DNA of 48,476 bases from a virus (Duplodnaviria > Caudoviricetes). The translations under genes were made by a program, and so were the position numbers. Location of the stretch: positions 1-48,476 of IMG/VR virus record IMGVR_UViG_3300037423_001743. One strand, written 5' to 3'. The notes under the pieces are model-generated. The model made no database searches. It was given only the letters and a program-made list of their open reading frames with translations, and was not told the DNA's origin. Below are positions 23,683-33,177 of the stretch, one piece after another. Position 1 is the stretch's first letter, and each line of letters begins with the position of its first letter.

Positions 23683-26289
23683 ATGAGCGTCGACGCTGGC
23701 GGCCGGGTGCGGCGCGCTCTCGAGGGTGACGACTCGCTGCTGGTCACCCGCTCTGTGGCACTCGACGACATCCACGTCCGCGCGGGCGGCACCGGCCGTG
23801 ACGTGGTCGCCTATGCCGCCGTGTGGATGTCACCGGCCGAGGTCGTCGACTCCGAGGGCCACTACCGGGAACAGAACGCGCCCGACGCGATGAACAACAG
23901 CATCGCTCAGCGTGCCGGCCGGATCTACTCGGTCTACAACCACGCCAAGACACTCGCCGGCACACCGTCGGAGCTGCACTCCGTGCCGCTGGGCAAGCCG
24001 TTGGAAATCCGCGCGGACAAGACCGGCCTGTTGACCGTCACCCGGTACAACAAGGACCCAGAGGCCGACCGGATTCTGGAGGCGATCAAGTCAGGGTCGC
24101 TGACCGGCATGTCCTACACCGGGGTGTTCCTGCGCTCGGATCCGCAACTGCGCCCATTCGAGCGCTACGGCCCGGACCGGGCCGGTGAACTCCAACTGGT
24201 GACCCGGCTGGAGACGGCCCTCATCGAGTACGGGCCGACCCCGAACCCCACTTTCGCGGATGCCGCCATCGTCGGTGTCCGCAATCGGAGGCCGCAGGTG
24301 GACGAAACCGAACCGCAGGTCGAGCCGCAGGAACGGGAGATCATCACCGTTGCGGTCCGCGCGGAGGCCGCTGCCGAGCCGGTCGAGGATGACGCGGTCG
24401 AAGAGGCCGAACGGGCCCAGATGGCCGCCGCGTCGATCAATGACCTGCCCGACAGCGCGTTCGCCTACATCGAGCCGGGCGGAACCAAGGACGACCAGGG
24501 CAAGACTGTCCCACGGTCGAAGCGCCACTTCCCCATCCACGACGCCGCCCACGTGCGCAACGCGCTGGCCCGGGCGCCGCAGTCACCGTTCGGGGACAAG
24601 GCCATGCCGAAGATCCGCGCCGCGGCGAAGAAGTTCGGCATCAAGGTGTCCGACGACAGCACGACCAGCAGCTCCGGCCGCCAGAGCGCACCGGAGCATC
24701 ACCGTACCGAGCCGCACCCGCACTCGGCCGCGACCGACAACAACCAGAACAGGAGCACATCCGTGGAAAGCGACCGAGAGCACATGACGGTCGAGGAGCG
24801 GGTCGCGCGGCAGAGCGAGATCCGTACCCGGCTGGCGGAACTCGACACCGAGTACTCGGGTGCGGAGTTGCCGCAGCAGGCCCGCGCCGAGTGGACCGGG
24901 CTGCAGGAGGAGCTCGTGACCCACGAGCGGGCGATCACCGACGCCAACTCCCGCGCCGAATATCTGCGCTACATCAACGACAACAACCCGGGCGCGACGG
25001 AGCGGGTCGACAACAGCCGCGCCGGCTACAGCCAGGACGGCGGCCCGGGCGGATTCGGCAGCCGGATGGGTGCGGCGGGTCCCGCCTTCCACCAGTCGCG
25101 GGACATCTACGACCTCGCCTCGATCCGCAACCGCGCCCGGCACATCGACGAGGTCCCGGTGCTGTACCGGGAGTACGCGCAGCGTGCCGTGGAGCAGGCC
25201 CGATTCCTGAGCGCCACTGGCCAGCGGGGCGCGCCGACCAAGGAAGACGCGCAGGCGCGGGTCGCGACGCTGCTGGACACCATCGACGACGAGCACGGCT
25301 CGCTGGCCCGGCGGATCCTCGTCACCGGCTCCCCGCTGTACGAGCGGGCGTTCGGGAAGATGCTCGGCCGGCAGTCCGTCATGGGGCTGACCGCGGAGGA
25401 GTCCCGGGCGCTGTCGCTGGGCACCGACTCGGCAGGCGGCTACGCCGTCCCGTTCCAACTGGACCCGACCGTGATCCTCACCTCGAACGGTGTGGTGAAC
25501 CCGCTGCGGCAGATCTCCCGGGTGGAGACCATCACCGGCAAGGAATGGGATGGCGTCACCTCCGCCGGCGTCACGGTGTCGCGTGGCACCGAGGGTCAGG
25601 AAGTCGGCACGGGCGATCCGTCGTTCGTGCAGCCGTCGGTCCGTACCTCCCGGGTTCAGGGCTTCGTGCCGTTCAGCATCGACCTCGACGTGTCCTGGGG
25701 CGCGCTGCGCACCCAACTGACCCGTCTGCTGCAGGATGCCAAGGACGTGGAGGAGGCGACCGCCTTCGCGACGGGCAACGGCACCGCACCCAACCCGTCC
25801 GGCGTCATCTCGACGCTGGGCACCGCCAGCTGGGTGGACACCGCCGGCTCGGCCGTCCTCGCGGCTGGGGATGTCTATCTGCTGGAGAATGCGATGGCGC
25901 CGCGGTTCATCGCGAACTCGTCGATCGTCGCCAGCAAGACGACGTTCAACCGGTTCCGGTCGCTGTTCCAGGCGCAGGCGTCGTCTGCGGGTGACCCGTT
26001 CGCCCGTCCGTCCGGGTCCATGGGGGCGCAGTTCAACGGCTACCCCAAGTACGAGCTGTCCACCATGTCCACATCCATCGGCACGGGCAGCCTGATCATG
26101 CTGCAGGGCGACTTCTCCAACTTCCTGATCGTCGACCGGGTCGGCATGGGCATCGAGCTCGTCCCGCACCTGTTCGGCACGGCCAACCGGTACCCGACCG
26201 GTACCCGGGGCGTCCTGGCGCTCTGGTTCAACAGCAGCAAGATTCTGGCGGACAACGCGTTCCGCCTGCTCAGGATCAAGAGCACGTAG
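23683..26289 (+). CDS. Prohead protease-DUF6582-major capsid protein fusion (HK97 fold)
   Basis: Protease AYAAVW, YNH, GMSY, LIEYG..PNPTF; DLPDSAFAY...FPIHDAAHVRNALAR domain; capsid AGGYAVP, NPLRQI, GNGT, GDFSNFLIVDRVG. Confidence 0.9.
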   Translation: MSVDAGGRVRRALEGDDSLLVTRSVALDDIHVRAGGTGRDVVAYAAVWMSPAEVVDSEGHYREQNAPDAMNNSIAQRAGRIYSVYNHAKTLAGTPSELHSVPLGKPLEIRADKTGLLTVTRYNKDPEADRILEAIKSGSLTGMSYTGVFLRSDPQLRPFERYGPDRAGELQLVTRLETALIEYGPTPNPTFADAAIVGVRNRRPQVDETEPQVEPQEREIITVAVRAEAAAEPVEDDAVEEAERAQMAAASINDLPDSAFAYIEPGGTKDDQGKTVPRSKRHFPIHDAAHVRNALARAPQSPFGDKAMPKIRAAAKKFGIKVSDDSTTSSSGRQSAPEHHRTEPHPHSAATDNNQNRSTSVESDREHMTVEERVARQSEIRTRLAELDTEYSGAELPQQARAEWTGLQEELVTHERAITDANSRAEYLRYINDNNPGATERVDNSRAGYSQDGGPGGFGSRMGAAGPAFHQSRDIYDLASIRNRARHIDEVPVLYREYAQRAVEQARFLSATGQRGAPTKEDAQARVATLLDTIDDEHGSLARRILVTGSPLYERAFGKMLGRQSVMGLTAEESRALSLGTDSAGGYAVPFQLDPTVILTSNGVVNPLRQISRVETITGKEWDGVTSAGVTVSRGTEGQEVGTGDPSFVQPSVRTSRVQGFVPFSIDLDVSWGALRTQLTRLLQDAKDVEEATAFATGNGTAPNPSGVISTLGTASWVDTAGSAVLAAGDVYLLENAMAPRFIANSSIVASKTTFNRFRSLFQAQASSAGDPFARPSGSMGAQFNGYPKYELSTMSTSIGTGSLIMLQGDFSNFLIVDRVGMGIELVPHLFGTANRYPTGTRGVLALWFNSSKILADNAFRLLRIKST

Positions 26290-26302
26290 TCCATCTCAAG
26301 CC

Positions 26303-26343
26303 GGCAGCGCCCGTCCCCTCCCGGAGCGGGCGCTGCCTTCTAT
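26303..26343 (+). terminator. Terminator after capsid gene
   Basis: GGCAGCGCCCG...CGGGCGCTGCC followed by TTCTAT. Confidence 0.7.
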
Positions 26344-26357
26344 CCGGGAGAAAGAAA

Positions 26358-26564
26358 TTGTCCAGCATTGAGATCGAAGACGTTCAACGACTGAACGTGA
26401 AGCCGGGGGACGTGCTCCTGGTGACCGTCCCGCATGGGACGTCGGCGCAGGATGTCGACTACGTCAAGAACAAGTTCGAGACGACCCTTCCCGTCCGTGT
26501 CATCGTGAAGCCCTCGGATGTCCAGGTTGAGGTCGTCGAGGCCGATTCGGCGGTGACTCGATGA
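26358..26564 (+). CDS. Hypothetical protein
   Basis: RBS GGGAG, TTG start; ATGA coupling to the next gene. Confidence 0.6.
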   Translation: MSSIEIEDVQRLNVKPGDVLLVTVPHGTSAQDVDYVKNKFETTLPVRVIVKPSDVQVEVVEADSAVTR

Positions 26565-28438
26565 GGGTGCTCATCCATTCGAACGCACCCTGGGCGGGAA
26601 GCGGTTATGGCGGACAGACGGCACTGCTTGCCAAGCGCCTGCCCGGCCTCGGTCACGAGGTTGTCGTCTCGGCGATGAACGGCCTGGACGGCCGCCCGTT
26701 GGACTGGGAAGGCACGTTGGTGCTGCCGTCTGGGATGACGGCCTACTCGAATGACGTGATCGCTCCGCACGCGCGGATGATCTTCGGTGGCGACCCGGGG
26801 CTGGTCCTGGTCCTCTACGACGCGTGGGCGATCGACCCGAAGCCGCTGCGGGACTTCGCCACCGCGGTGTGGGCGCCGATCCAGTCGCATCCGGTACCTC
26901 CGAGTGACCTGGAGTTCTTCCGGGCGTCGGGGGCACAGCCGATCGCCATGTCCCGGTACGGCGAGCGGGAACTGGTCGAGGCCGGCCTGCAGCCGGTGTA
27001 CGTGCCGCACGCGGTGGACACGCAGGTGTTCAAGCCGTTGACCGCCGACGAGCGGGCCGCGGCGAGGGAGATGCTGGACGTTCCTCAGGACGCGTTCGTG
27101 ATCGCGATCGTGGCGGCGAACAAGGACAAGACCCCGGCTCGGAAGGGCTGGGGCGAGCAGATGTGGGCGTTCGCGCAGTTCTGCAAGCGGCACCCCGACG
27201 CGGTGCTGCTGGTGCACGGCCTGCTGGAGACCGCCGGCGGCGTGAACCTGATGAACCTGGTCTACGACCTGGGCATCCAGGACGCGGTGCAGTTCACCAA
27301 CCAGTACAAGCAGGTGACCGGGCTGTACGCCCCGGAGGATGTGGCGGCCCTGATGGGCTGCGCGGACGTGCTGTCGAACTGTTCGTGGGGTGAGGGGTTC
27401 GGCCTGCCCGTGCTCGAGGCGCAGGCGTGCGGGACGCCGGTCGTGGTCACCGATGGATCGGCTGGCACGGAGTTGTGCGGTTCCGGGTGGCTGGTGGAGA
27501 CGCAGCCGTACTGGCATCCGTTCGCGCAGTCGTGGTGGCACGCCCCGATCATCAAGAGCATCGGCAAGGCGTGGGAGAAGGCGTACAAGCAGGCCCGCGA
27601 GCCGTGGATGCGGGAGAAGGCCCGCGGGTTCGCGGTCGGCTACGACGTGGACACCGTGATGACCCAGTACTGGAAGCCGGCGCTGGAGATGCTCGAGCAG
27701 TACGCGGGCGCGGTGCCGGTGCGGCCGCCGAACCGCAACCACGGGACGATTCCGCTGCCCACCCGTGAGGCCGACGGCCTGCGGTGGATCCAGCGTGGCG
27801 GGCACACCGACGATTGGATCGCCGTCAACCACGAGGATTCGCTGGTGCCGGTGCTGGACGGCCTGCTGCCCGACGGTGGTGTGTTCGTCGATGTCGGCGC
27901 GCACATCGGCCGGTGGGCGCTGCGCCTGGCGAAGAAGGCGTCGCGGGTGGTCGCGGTGGAGGCGAACTCGGCGACCGCTGCGGTGCTGCGCGCCCACATC
28001 GCCCTGAACGACATCGAGAACGTGGACGTGCTTGAGATGGCCGCGTGGGATTCGCAGACCCGGCTGTCCCTGTCCGACCCGAACGGGAAGGTGACTGGCG
28101 GGTCCACCCGGGTCGTCGAAGCCGACGATGCCACCGTGGATGCGCTGCCGCTCGACGACGCCCTGTTCGCCGTCGATCCGGACCTGGTCAAGCTCGACGT
28201 CGAGGGCGCGGACCTGCACGCGCTGCGCGGCATGCGGGACACGCTGGCCCGTAGCCGGCCGGTCCTGTTCATCGAAGACCACAGCATCTACGGCTACTAC
28301 CAGCTGTCCGACCTGACGGACCTGCTCGCCGAGTTGGGCTACGACAGTGAGCCGTTCATGGCTTCACTGCCGGGCGGCCGGCACGCGCCGTACATCATCG
28401 CGAGACCCAAGGAGGACACCGATGGCGACAGAGCCTGA
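26561..28438 (+). CDS. GT4 (GT-B) glycosyltransferase fused to FkbM-family methyltransferase
   Basis: SGYG, VPHAVD, RKG, GEGFGLPVLEAQACGTPVV; then FVDVGAHIG, VAVEAN, LVKLDVEGAD, RPVLFIE. Confidence 0.9.
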   Translation: MRVLIHSNAPWAGSGYGGQTALLAKRLPGLGHEVVVSAMNGLDGRPLDWEGTLVLPSGMTAYSNDVIAPHARMIFGGDPGLVLVLYDAWAIDPKPLRDFATAVWAPIQSHPVPPSDLEFFRASGAQPIAMSRYGERELVEAGLQPVYVPHAVDTQVFKPLTADERAAAREMLDVPQDAFVIAIVAANKDKTPARKGWGEQMWAFAQFCKRHPDAVLLVHGLLETAGGVNLMNLVYDLGIQDAVQFTNQYKQVTGLYAPEDVAALMGCADVLSNCSWGEGFGLPVLEAQACGTPVVVTDGSAGTELCGSGWLVETQPYWHPFAQSWWHAPIIKSIGKAWEKAYKQAREPWMREKARGFAVGYDVDTVMTQYWKPALEMLEQYAGAVPVRPPNRNHGTIPLPTREADGLRWIQRGGHTDDWIAVNHEDSLVPVLDGLLPDGGVFVDVGAHIGRWALRLAKKASRVVAVEANSATAAVLRAHIALNDIENVDVLEMAAWDSQTRLSLSDPNGKVTGGSTRVVEADDATVDALPLDDALFAVDPDLVKLDVEGADLHALRGMRDTLARSRPVLFIEDHSIYGYYQLSDLTDLLAELGYDSEPFMASLPGGRHAPYIIARPKEDTDGDRA

Positions 28439-28643
28439 CTTGTACGTCGGCAAGGAGCCGGTCACGTTCGAGCACGAGGGCGCGCCGGTGTTCATCGGCC
28501 CCCACATCGTGGTTCGCGCCGGACATCCGATCATGGAGGGCCGGGAGGGCTTGTTCACGCCGCTGGTCGTCCACTATGACGTGGCGGAGCCGGCGAAGGA
28601 CGTTGCGGCGAAGCCGGCCCGTACAGCGCCACCCAAGCGCTGA
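28422..28643 (+). CDS. Small hypothetical (head accessory-like) protein
   Basis: RBS AAGGAGG; basic Pro/Ala tail. Confidence 0.7.
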   Translation: MATEPDLYVGKEPVTFEHEGAPVFIGPHIVVRAGHPIMEGREGLFTPLVVHYDVAEPAKDVAAKPARTAPPKR

Positions 28644-28672
28644 TCCTCGCGTCGACGAGACGACCTGAGCGG

Positions 28673-29089
28673 GTGGGCGTTCTCGACGTCGATGTCTGCG
28701 CTCGCACCATCGTCGGCCCGGTCGTGCCGTACGGCCCGGCGGCGGTGGGTCGTCTCCGGCCGGGCCGCCGCTACCGGTTCCAGCCCGGCTGGCCCACCTA
28801 CGGCAGTAGCGTGCTACTGCTCCGCGACCACGACCAGTCGCAACGCCTCGGCCGAGCTGTCGACCTCGCGGAGGCGCTCGACGGCCTGCACGTGTTCGTG
28901 CGGGTCGGCCCGGGCCGGGCGGGTGATCGGGCGCTCCGGCTTGCCGCGGCGGGCGCGCTCGGATTGTCGCCCGGCGTGGAGCTATACGCCTTCGAGCCGG
29001 ACCCGCTCAACGCCGGCGTCGACCTGGTGCTCGCCGGCGAACTGCTCGAGGTCAGTTTGACCGACAACCCCGCTTTCGACTGGAGGTGA
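28673..29089 (+). CDS. Second, stand-alone HK97-type prohead protease
   Basis: RTIVGPVVPYG, LLRDHD..QRLGRA, DGL, GLSPG, LLEVSLTDNPAF. Confidence 0.75.
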   Translation: MGVLDVDVCARTIVGPVVPYGPAAVGRLRPGRRYRFQPGWPTYGSSVLLLRDHDQSQRLGRAVDLAEALDGLHVFVRVGPGRAGDRALRLAAAGALGLSPGVELYAFEPDPLNAGVDLVLAGELLEVSLTDNPAFDWR

Positions 29090-29095
29090 CCCGCC

Positions 29096-29692
29096 ATGCC
29101 GGTGACGGCGATGAGCTCAACCAGCGTCGACGTTCCGGTCGGCGGCGAGTGGGTGATCACGGTGCTGGTCACCGACGCCTACGACAACTTCGTCGCGCAG
29201 GCCCCGGTCGTCACTGTCACCCTGCCCGACGGGTCGACCGCCACCCCAACCGTGACCACGCTCTACGCCGGTGCCTACCGGACCGCGTATGCGCCGGCGA
29301 CCGCCGGTCGGCACGTCGCCCGGGCGGTGGCCACCGGGTACGGCGCGGCGACGTTCGCGGCGTTCGCGAAGGCCATCACCGCGGCGGCCGGGATGCCGGA
29401 CGTGGACGCGGTCGACGACTACCTGGCGCCGCACTCGTGGACCGACGCGCAGCTGCAGCAGGCCCTCGATGCCGAGGCAGCCGCGCAGCGAGCGATCTGC
29501 GCCGTGCCAGCCGAGTACCCAGCCGACCTGCGTGAGGCGCTGCTGCGCCGCGTCGCCCGGAACCTGGCCATGCGCCCGATCCCGCTCGCGGTGCTGCAGG
29601 GCGATGCCGAGATCGGCAGCTCGGTCCTGCCGGGCTCGGACCCTGAGGTGCGCAGGCTCGAGAAACCCTATCTGCGACTTTTAGTAGCGTAG
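29096..29692 (+). CDS. Head-to-tail adaptor with N-terminal Ig-like domain
   Basis: RBS GGAGG; beta-rich N-terminus; C-terminal DAQLQQAL...PADLREALLRRVAR...DPEVRRLEKPY. Confidence 0.72.
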   Translation: MPVTAMSSTSVDVPVGGEWVITVLVTDAYDNFVAQAPVVTVTLPDGSTATPTVTTLYAGAYRTAYAPATAGRHVARAVATGYGAATFAAFAKAITAAAGMPDVDAVDDYLAPHSWTDAQLQQALDAEAAAQRAICAVPAEYPADLREALLRRVARNLAMRPIPLAVLQGDAEIGSSVLPGSDPEVRRLEKPYLRLLVA

Positions 29693-29701
29693 GGGGACAT
29701 C

Positions 29702-30043
29702 GTGAGCAACGCCGACACGAGGCTGGCGATCGCCGCGGCGGTGTCCACTGTCACCAACCACACCGGGTACGCCAGGCGGCCGACGGTGCCGAAGCCCGGT
29801 GACGCGTGGCCGCAGTGGCGCGGCAACGAACGGGCCGACGGGTTCGCGTTCGTCGAGTCGTGGGCGGTCCTCATCATGCTGCCGTCGGAAGAGGTCAGCG
29901 CCGATGAGTGGGCGGACACCTACGGCGAGCAGCTGCTCGCGGCGCTTGAGCCGGTGATGTTCGTCGACCAGCTACAGCCGGCTGTCTTCAAGTTGAGCAA
30001 CAACGACGCGTACGCGTTGATGATCACTGGACGAACGGAGTAA
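29702..30043 (+). CDS. Tail terminator/neck protein
   Basis: Position between adaptor and tail tube; size. Confidence 0.6.
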   Translation: MSNADTRLAIAAAVSTVTNHTGYARRPTVPKPGDAWPQWRGNERADGFAFVESWAVLIMLPSEEVSADEWADTYGEQLLAALEPVMFVDQLQPAVFKLSNNDAYALMITGRTE

Positions 30044-30047
30044 CGCT

Positions 30048-30458
30048 ATGCCAGCCCCCGCCGGTGCATTCGTCGTTAAGAACAGCCTGCTCACCGTGGA
30101 TGGCACCGATTACGCCAACCAGTGCACCAAGTCGCAGCTCGTGCCTGACCAGCCGCTGCAGCAGGTGCGCACGCTCGTGCCTGATGGCGTCGTGTCCGAC
30201 GTGGACTCGGCGACCTACACGTGGGACATCTCCGGCCTGCAGATCAACAGGGCGGGCGGCCTGGCCCGCTACCTGCGCAGCCTGACGCCGGGCACGCAGA
30301 TCAGCGTGGTGATGGGGCCGAACAACGTCACAGGCGACCAGAAGGCGAGCTTCACGGCGATCGCGATGATCCCGCCGCTCGGCGAAGAGCAGGGCAAGTT
30401 CGCGACGGTGGATCTGTCGATGCCGGTCCTCGGTACGCCGGTGTTCGCCGACATCTGA
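30048..30458 (+). CDS. Major tail (tube) protein
   Basis: FVVKNSLLTVDGTDY beta-rich protein preceding chaperone and tape measure. Confidence 0.75.
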   Translation: MPAPAGAFVVKNSLLTVDGTDYANQCTKSQLVPDQPLQQVRTLVPDGVVSDVDSATYTWDISGLQINRAGGLARYLRSLTPGTQISVVMGPNNVTGDQKASFTAIAMIPPLGEEQGKFATVDLSMPVLGTPVFADI

Positions 30459-30489
30459 TCCACCCCGACCGTCCACGAGAGGCCCCGGA

Positions 30490-30801
30490 ATGCCGTCCAT
30501 CGATCTGCACATGACCGTCCGTATGGAGGACGGCACCGAGCACGACGTACACGCGGATCAGCGCGACCTCGCCAAGTGGGAGGCGCAGCCGTTCGCCGCG
30601 GAGGGTCGCCAACACCTGCAGATGCGTTACCTCGGCTGGTCGGCGCTGTTCCGCCGCGGCGACTACAGGCAGCCGTGGGAGAGGTTCAACAACGTCGACT
30701 GCGTCGAGGCCGTCGCCCCCGACGCCGCAGAGGACGGCGAGGATGAGCAGGGCCCGCGCCCGTCGGAGCGTGGCCAGAAGGTTCCGCCCGGCGAGAGCTG
30801 A
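30490..30801 (+). CDS. Tail assembly chaperone (G)
   Basis: Follows tail tube; acidic C-terminus; candidate slippery site at 30750-30756. Confidence 0.72.
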   Translation: MPSIDLHMTVRMEDGTEHDVHADQRDLAKWEAQPFAAEGRQHLQMRYLGWSALFRRGDYRQPWERFNNVDCVEAVAPDAAEDGEDEQGPRPSERGQKVPPGES

Positions 30802-30929
30802 TCCTGCTGTCGTACATGGCCGGCTTCGACCTGCTCTCCAATGAGGCGTGGGGCGGCCGGGACATCGCCACGCTGATCGACGTCATCGAGGACCACGCCG
30901 AGTCGATCAAACGAGCCGGCCGGGGGTGA
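30747..30929 (+). CDS. Tail assembly chaperone -1 frameshift extension (T)
   Basis: -1 frame open 30747-30929: WPEGSARRELILLSYMAGFDLL...DIATLIDVIE; G-GGC-CCG heptamer in the correct phase. Confidence 0.6.
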   Translation, partial: AGPAPVGAWPEGSARRELILLSYMAGFDLLSNEAWGGRDIATLIDVIEDHAESIKRAGRG

Positions 30930-30933
30930 CGCG

Positions 30934-31386
30934 GTGGCGGTCAGCTTCGAGGAGTTCGCCCGGGAGTTGCGATCGTTCGACGACCGCCGGGTCGTGGTCC
31001 GGGAGATGGGTAAGGAGATGCGCGGGCTGCTGCCGCCGCTGCGCACAGCGATCCGGGCCCACGCGCTGGAGATCCTGCCGAAGGAAGGCGGCCTGAACGA
31101 GTGGGTCGCCGCAGCCCGGATCACCGTGTCCGTCAAGACTTCCGGCCGCCGGGTCGGCGTCATCGTCAAGGGCTCCCGCAGGTCGGTGAAGAACAAGTCG
31201 GATCTGGACCGGATCGACCGGGGCCGGGTCCGCGCCCCGTCGTGGGGCCGCCGCTTCCGCGGTCAGTGGCATACCCAGGCGGTCCCGCCGGGGTGGTTCA
31301 CCGAACCGGTCACCGACGAGACCCGGCTGCATGACGCCGCCGAGCGGGCCCTGGACCGGGCGTTCGACGAGATCCGCAGGGGGTGA
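30934..31386 (+). CDS. HK97 gp10-like tail completion protein
   Basis: FEEFARELR...GRVRAP.WG...PGWFTEP pattern; basic. Confidence 0.6.
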   Translation: MAVSFEEFARELRSFDDRRVVVREMGKEMRGLLPPLRTAIRAHALEILPKEGGLNEWVAAARITVSVKTSGRRVGVIVKGSRRSVKNKSDLDRIDRGRVRAPSWGRRFRGQWHTQAVPPGWFTEPVTDETRLHDAAERALDRAFDEIRRG

Positions 31387-31392
31387 ACCGCG

Positions 31393-33177
31393 ATGGCTCG
31401 TGACGTTGAAGCGAATCTGACCGCGTCCGACAAGACCGGCTCCGCGGTGGCCTCCGCGGAACGCAACTTCCGGCGCGCCTCTGACCGGATCAACGAATCG
31501 CTGAAGAAGCTCGGCCTCAACAAGATCGACCTCAAGGCCGACCCGAGCCAGGCGCTTCGTGAAATCGACAAGACCGAGCGCAGGCTGCGGGAACTGTCCC
31601 TCAAATCGGCCACCGTCGAGATCAAACTCGACACCGAGAGGGCCTTAAGTGATCTGACCCGGTTCCGTAAGCAGCTGTCCGGAGTGGAGGCCGGCGCTGC
31701 GAAGGCGGAACAGTCGCTGATGAGTGTGCTGGGGGAGGTGGCTCCGATCCTCGCCGGGATCGGCGCCGCCGCGGCGCCGGTGATCGGTGCGGCGATCTCC
31801 GGTGCGATCATCGGCGGCGCCGGCGCTGGCGGTGTCATCGGCGGTTTGATGCTGGTCAAGGACGACGTCCGGGTGTCGTCGGCCGGTAAGGCGCTCGGCG
31901 AGAAGCTGCTCGGCAGCCTGCGCAACGACGCCGCCGTGTTCGTCGACCCGGTGCTGAAGGCCATCGACATGATCGGCGCCGCGTTCGACCGGCAGGAACC
32001 GCATTTCCGGAACATCTTCGTCAACGCGTCGAAGTTCGTGCAGCCCCTCACCGAGGGACTGACCGGCTTCCTCGACCCGGTGATCGAAGGCTTTGACCAG
32101 CTGGTCGCCAAGGCCGCACCGGTGATCGACGCGATCAAGCGGGGCTTCGCCGAGGTCGGCGACGCGCTCGGCGACGTGTTCGACTCGCTGTCCGACAACG
32201 GCCGTGAAGCCGGGCTGGCCATCTCGATCATCTTCAACGCCGTCGCCGTGTCGGTGCGGATCGTCGGCGGCATCATCAACGCGCTGACCGAGGCGTTCGG
32301 GTTCCTCATCGACGTCGCCAACAAGTTCGGGTTCCTGTCCGACGAGGGCAAGGCCCACCTCGAGTCGATGAAGCAGGCGACCGACGCCGCCGCCGGCAGC
32401 ACCGGCAACCTCACCGACAAGTTCGTCGCCGCGATCGAACCCGGCAACCAGCAGGCGCAGACCCTCGCCGACATCGAGCAGGCGGCCCGTGGCCTCGACG
32501 AGGCGAACCGGACCCTGTACGGGTCGCAGGTCAGCGCAGCGCAGGCCATCGCCGACGCCACCGCCAAGATCAAAGACAACGGTAAGGCGTTGTCCCTGAA
32601 CACGCAGAAGGGTCGCGACAACCGCAAGGCCCTGGCCGACGTGGCCGGGGCGCTCGCCACCAACTACCAGAACTACGTCAAGGTCAACGGTGTCGGCGCG
32701 GCGTCCGAGGGGGTCGCGGACAACAACCGGAAAGCGTTCATCAAGCTGGCGGAAAAGGCCGGATACGCGGCCGGCGCCGCGCAGGATCTGGCGACCGAAT
32801 TGGGCCTGATCCCGGGCAAGAAGACCACCCAGATCGTCGCGAACACGCACGACGCCGCGGGCCGGATTGCGGCGCTGCAAGCCCAACTCAATGCGCTGCA
32901 CGGCAAGACGGTGTACGTCACCGTGAAACGGACCGGGGACATTCACGTGTCCGGGCCGGGCGGCTCCGGCACCCAACTGAAGGGCGCCGCCACCGCGATG
33001 TGGTCGGCGTCCGCCGGCGGCGGCAGCTACCGCATCGGCGGCCCGCGGCAGTTGTCCGCCACCGTCGAGAACACCATCTTCCTCGACGGCAGCCCGTTCC
33101 GCGCCTACACCGACAGTGTCGCCCTCGCCGAACGGCGGCGCGCCGACTACCGGCGGCGGGTCGGGGCCCGCCGATGA
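31393..33177 (+). CDS. Tape measure protein
   Basis: N-terminal LTASDKT; Ala/Gly-rich helical repeats; position. Confidence 0.88.
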   Translation: MARDVEANLTASDKTGSAVASAERNFRRASDRINESLKKLGLNKIDLKADPSQALREIDKTERRLRELSLKSATVEIKLDTERALSDLTRFRKQLSGVEAGAAKAEQSLMSVLGEVAPILAGIGAAAAPVIGAAISGAIIGGAGAGGVIGGLMLVKDDVRVSSAGKALGEKLLGSLRNDAAVFVDPVLKAIDMIGAAFDRQEPHFRNIFVNASKFVQPLTEGLTGFLDPVIEGFDQLVAKAAPVIDAIKRGFAEVGDALGDVFDSLSDNGREAGLAISIIFNAVAVSVRIVGGIINALTEAFGFLIDVANKFGFLSDEGKAHLESMKQATDAAAGSTGNLTDKFVAAIEPGNQQAQTLADIEQAARGLDEANRTLYGSQVSAAQAIADATAKIKDNGKALSLNTQKGRDNRKALADVAGALATNYQNYVKVNGVGAASEGVADNNRKAFIKLAEKAGYAAGAAQDLATELGLIPGKKTTQIVANTHDAAGRIAALQAQLNALHGKTVYVTVKRTGDIHVSGPGGSGTQLKGAATAMWSASAGGGSYRIGGPRQLSATVENTIFLDGSPFRAYTDSVALAERRRADYRRRVGARR

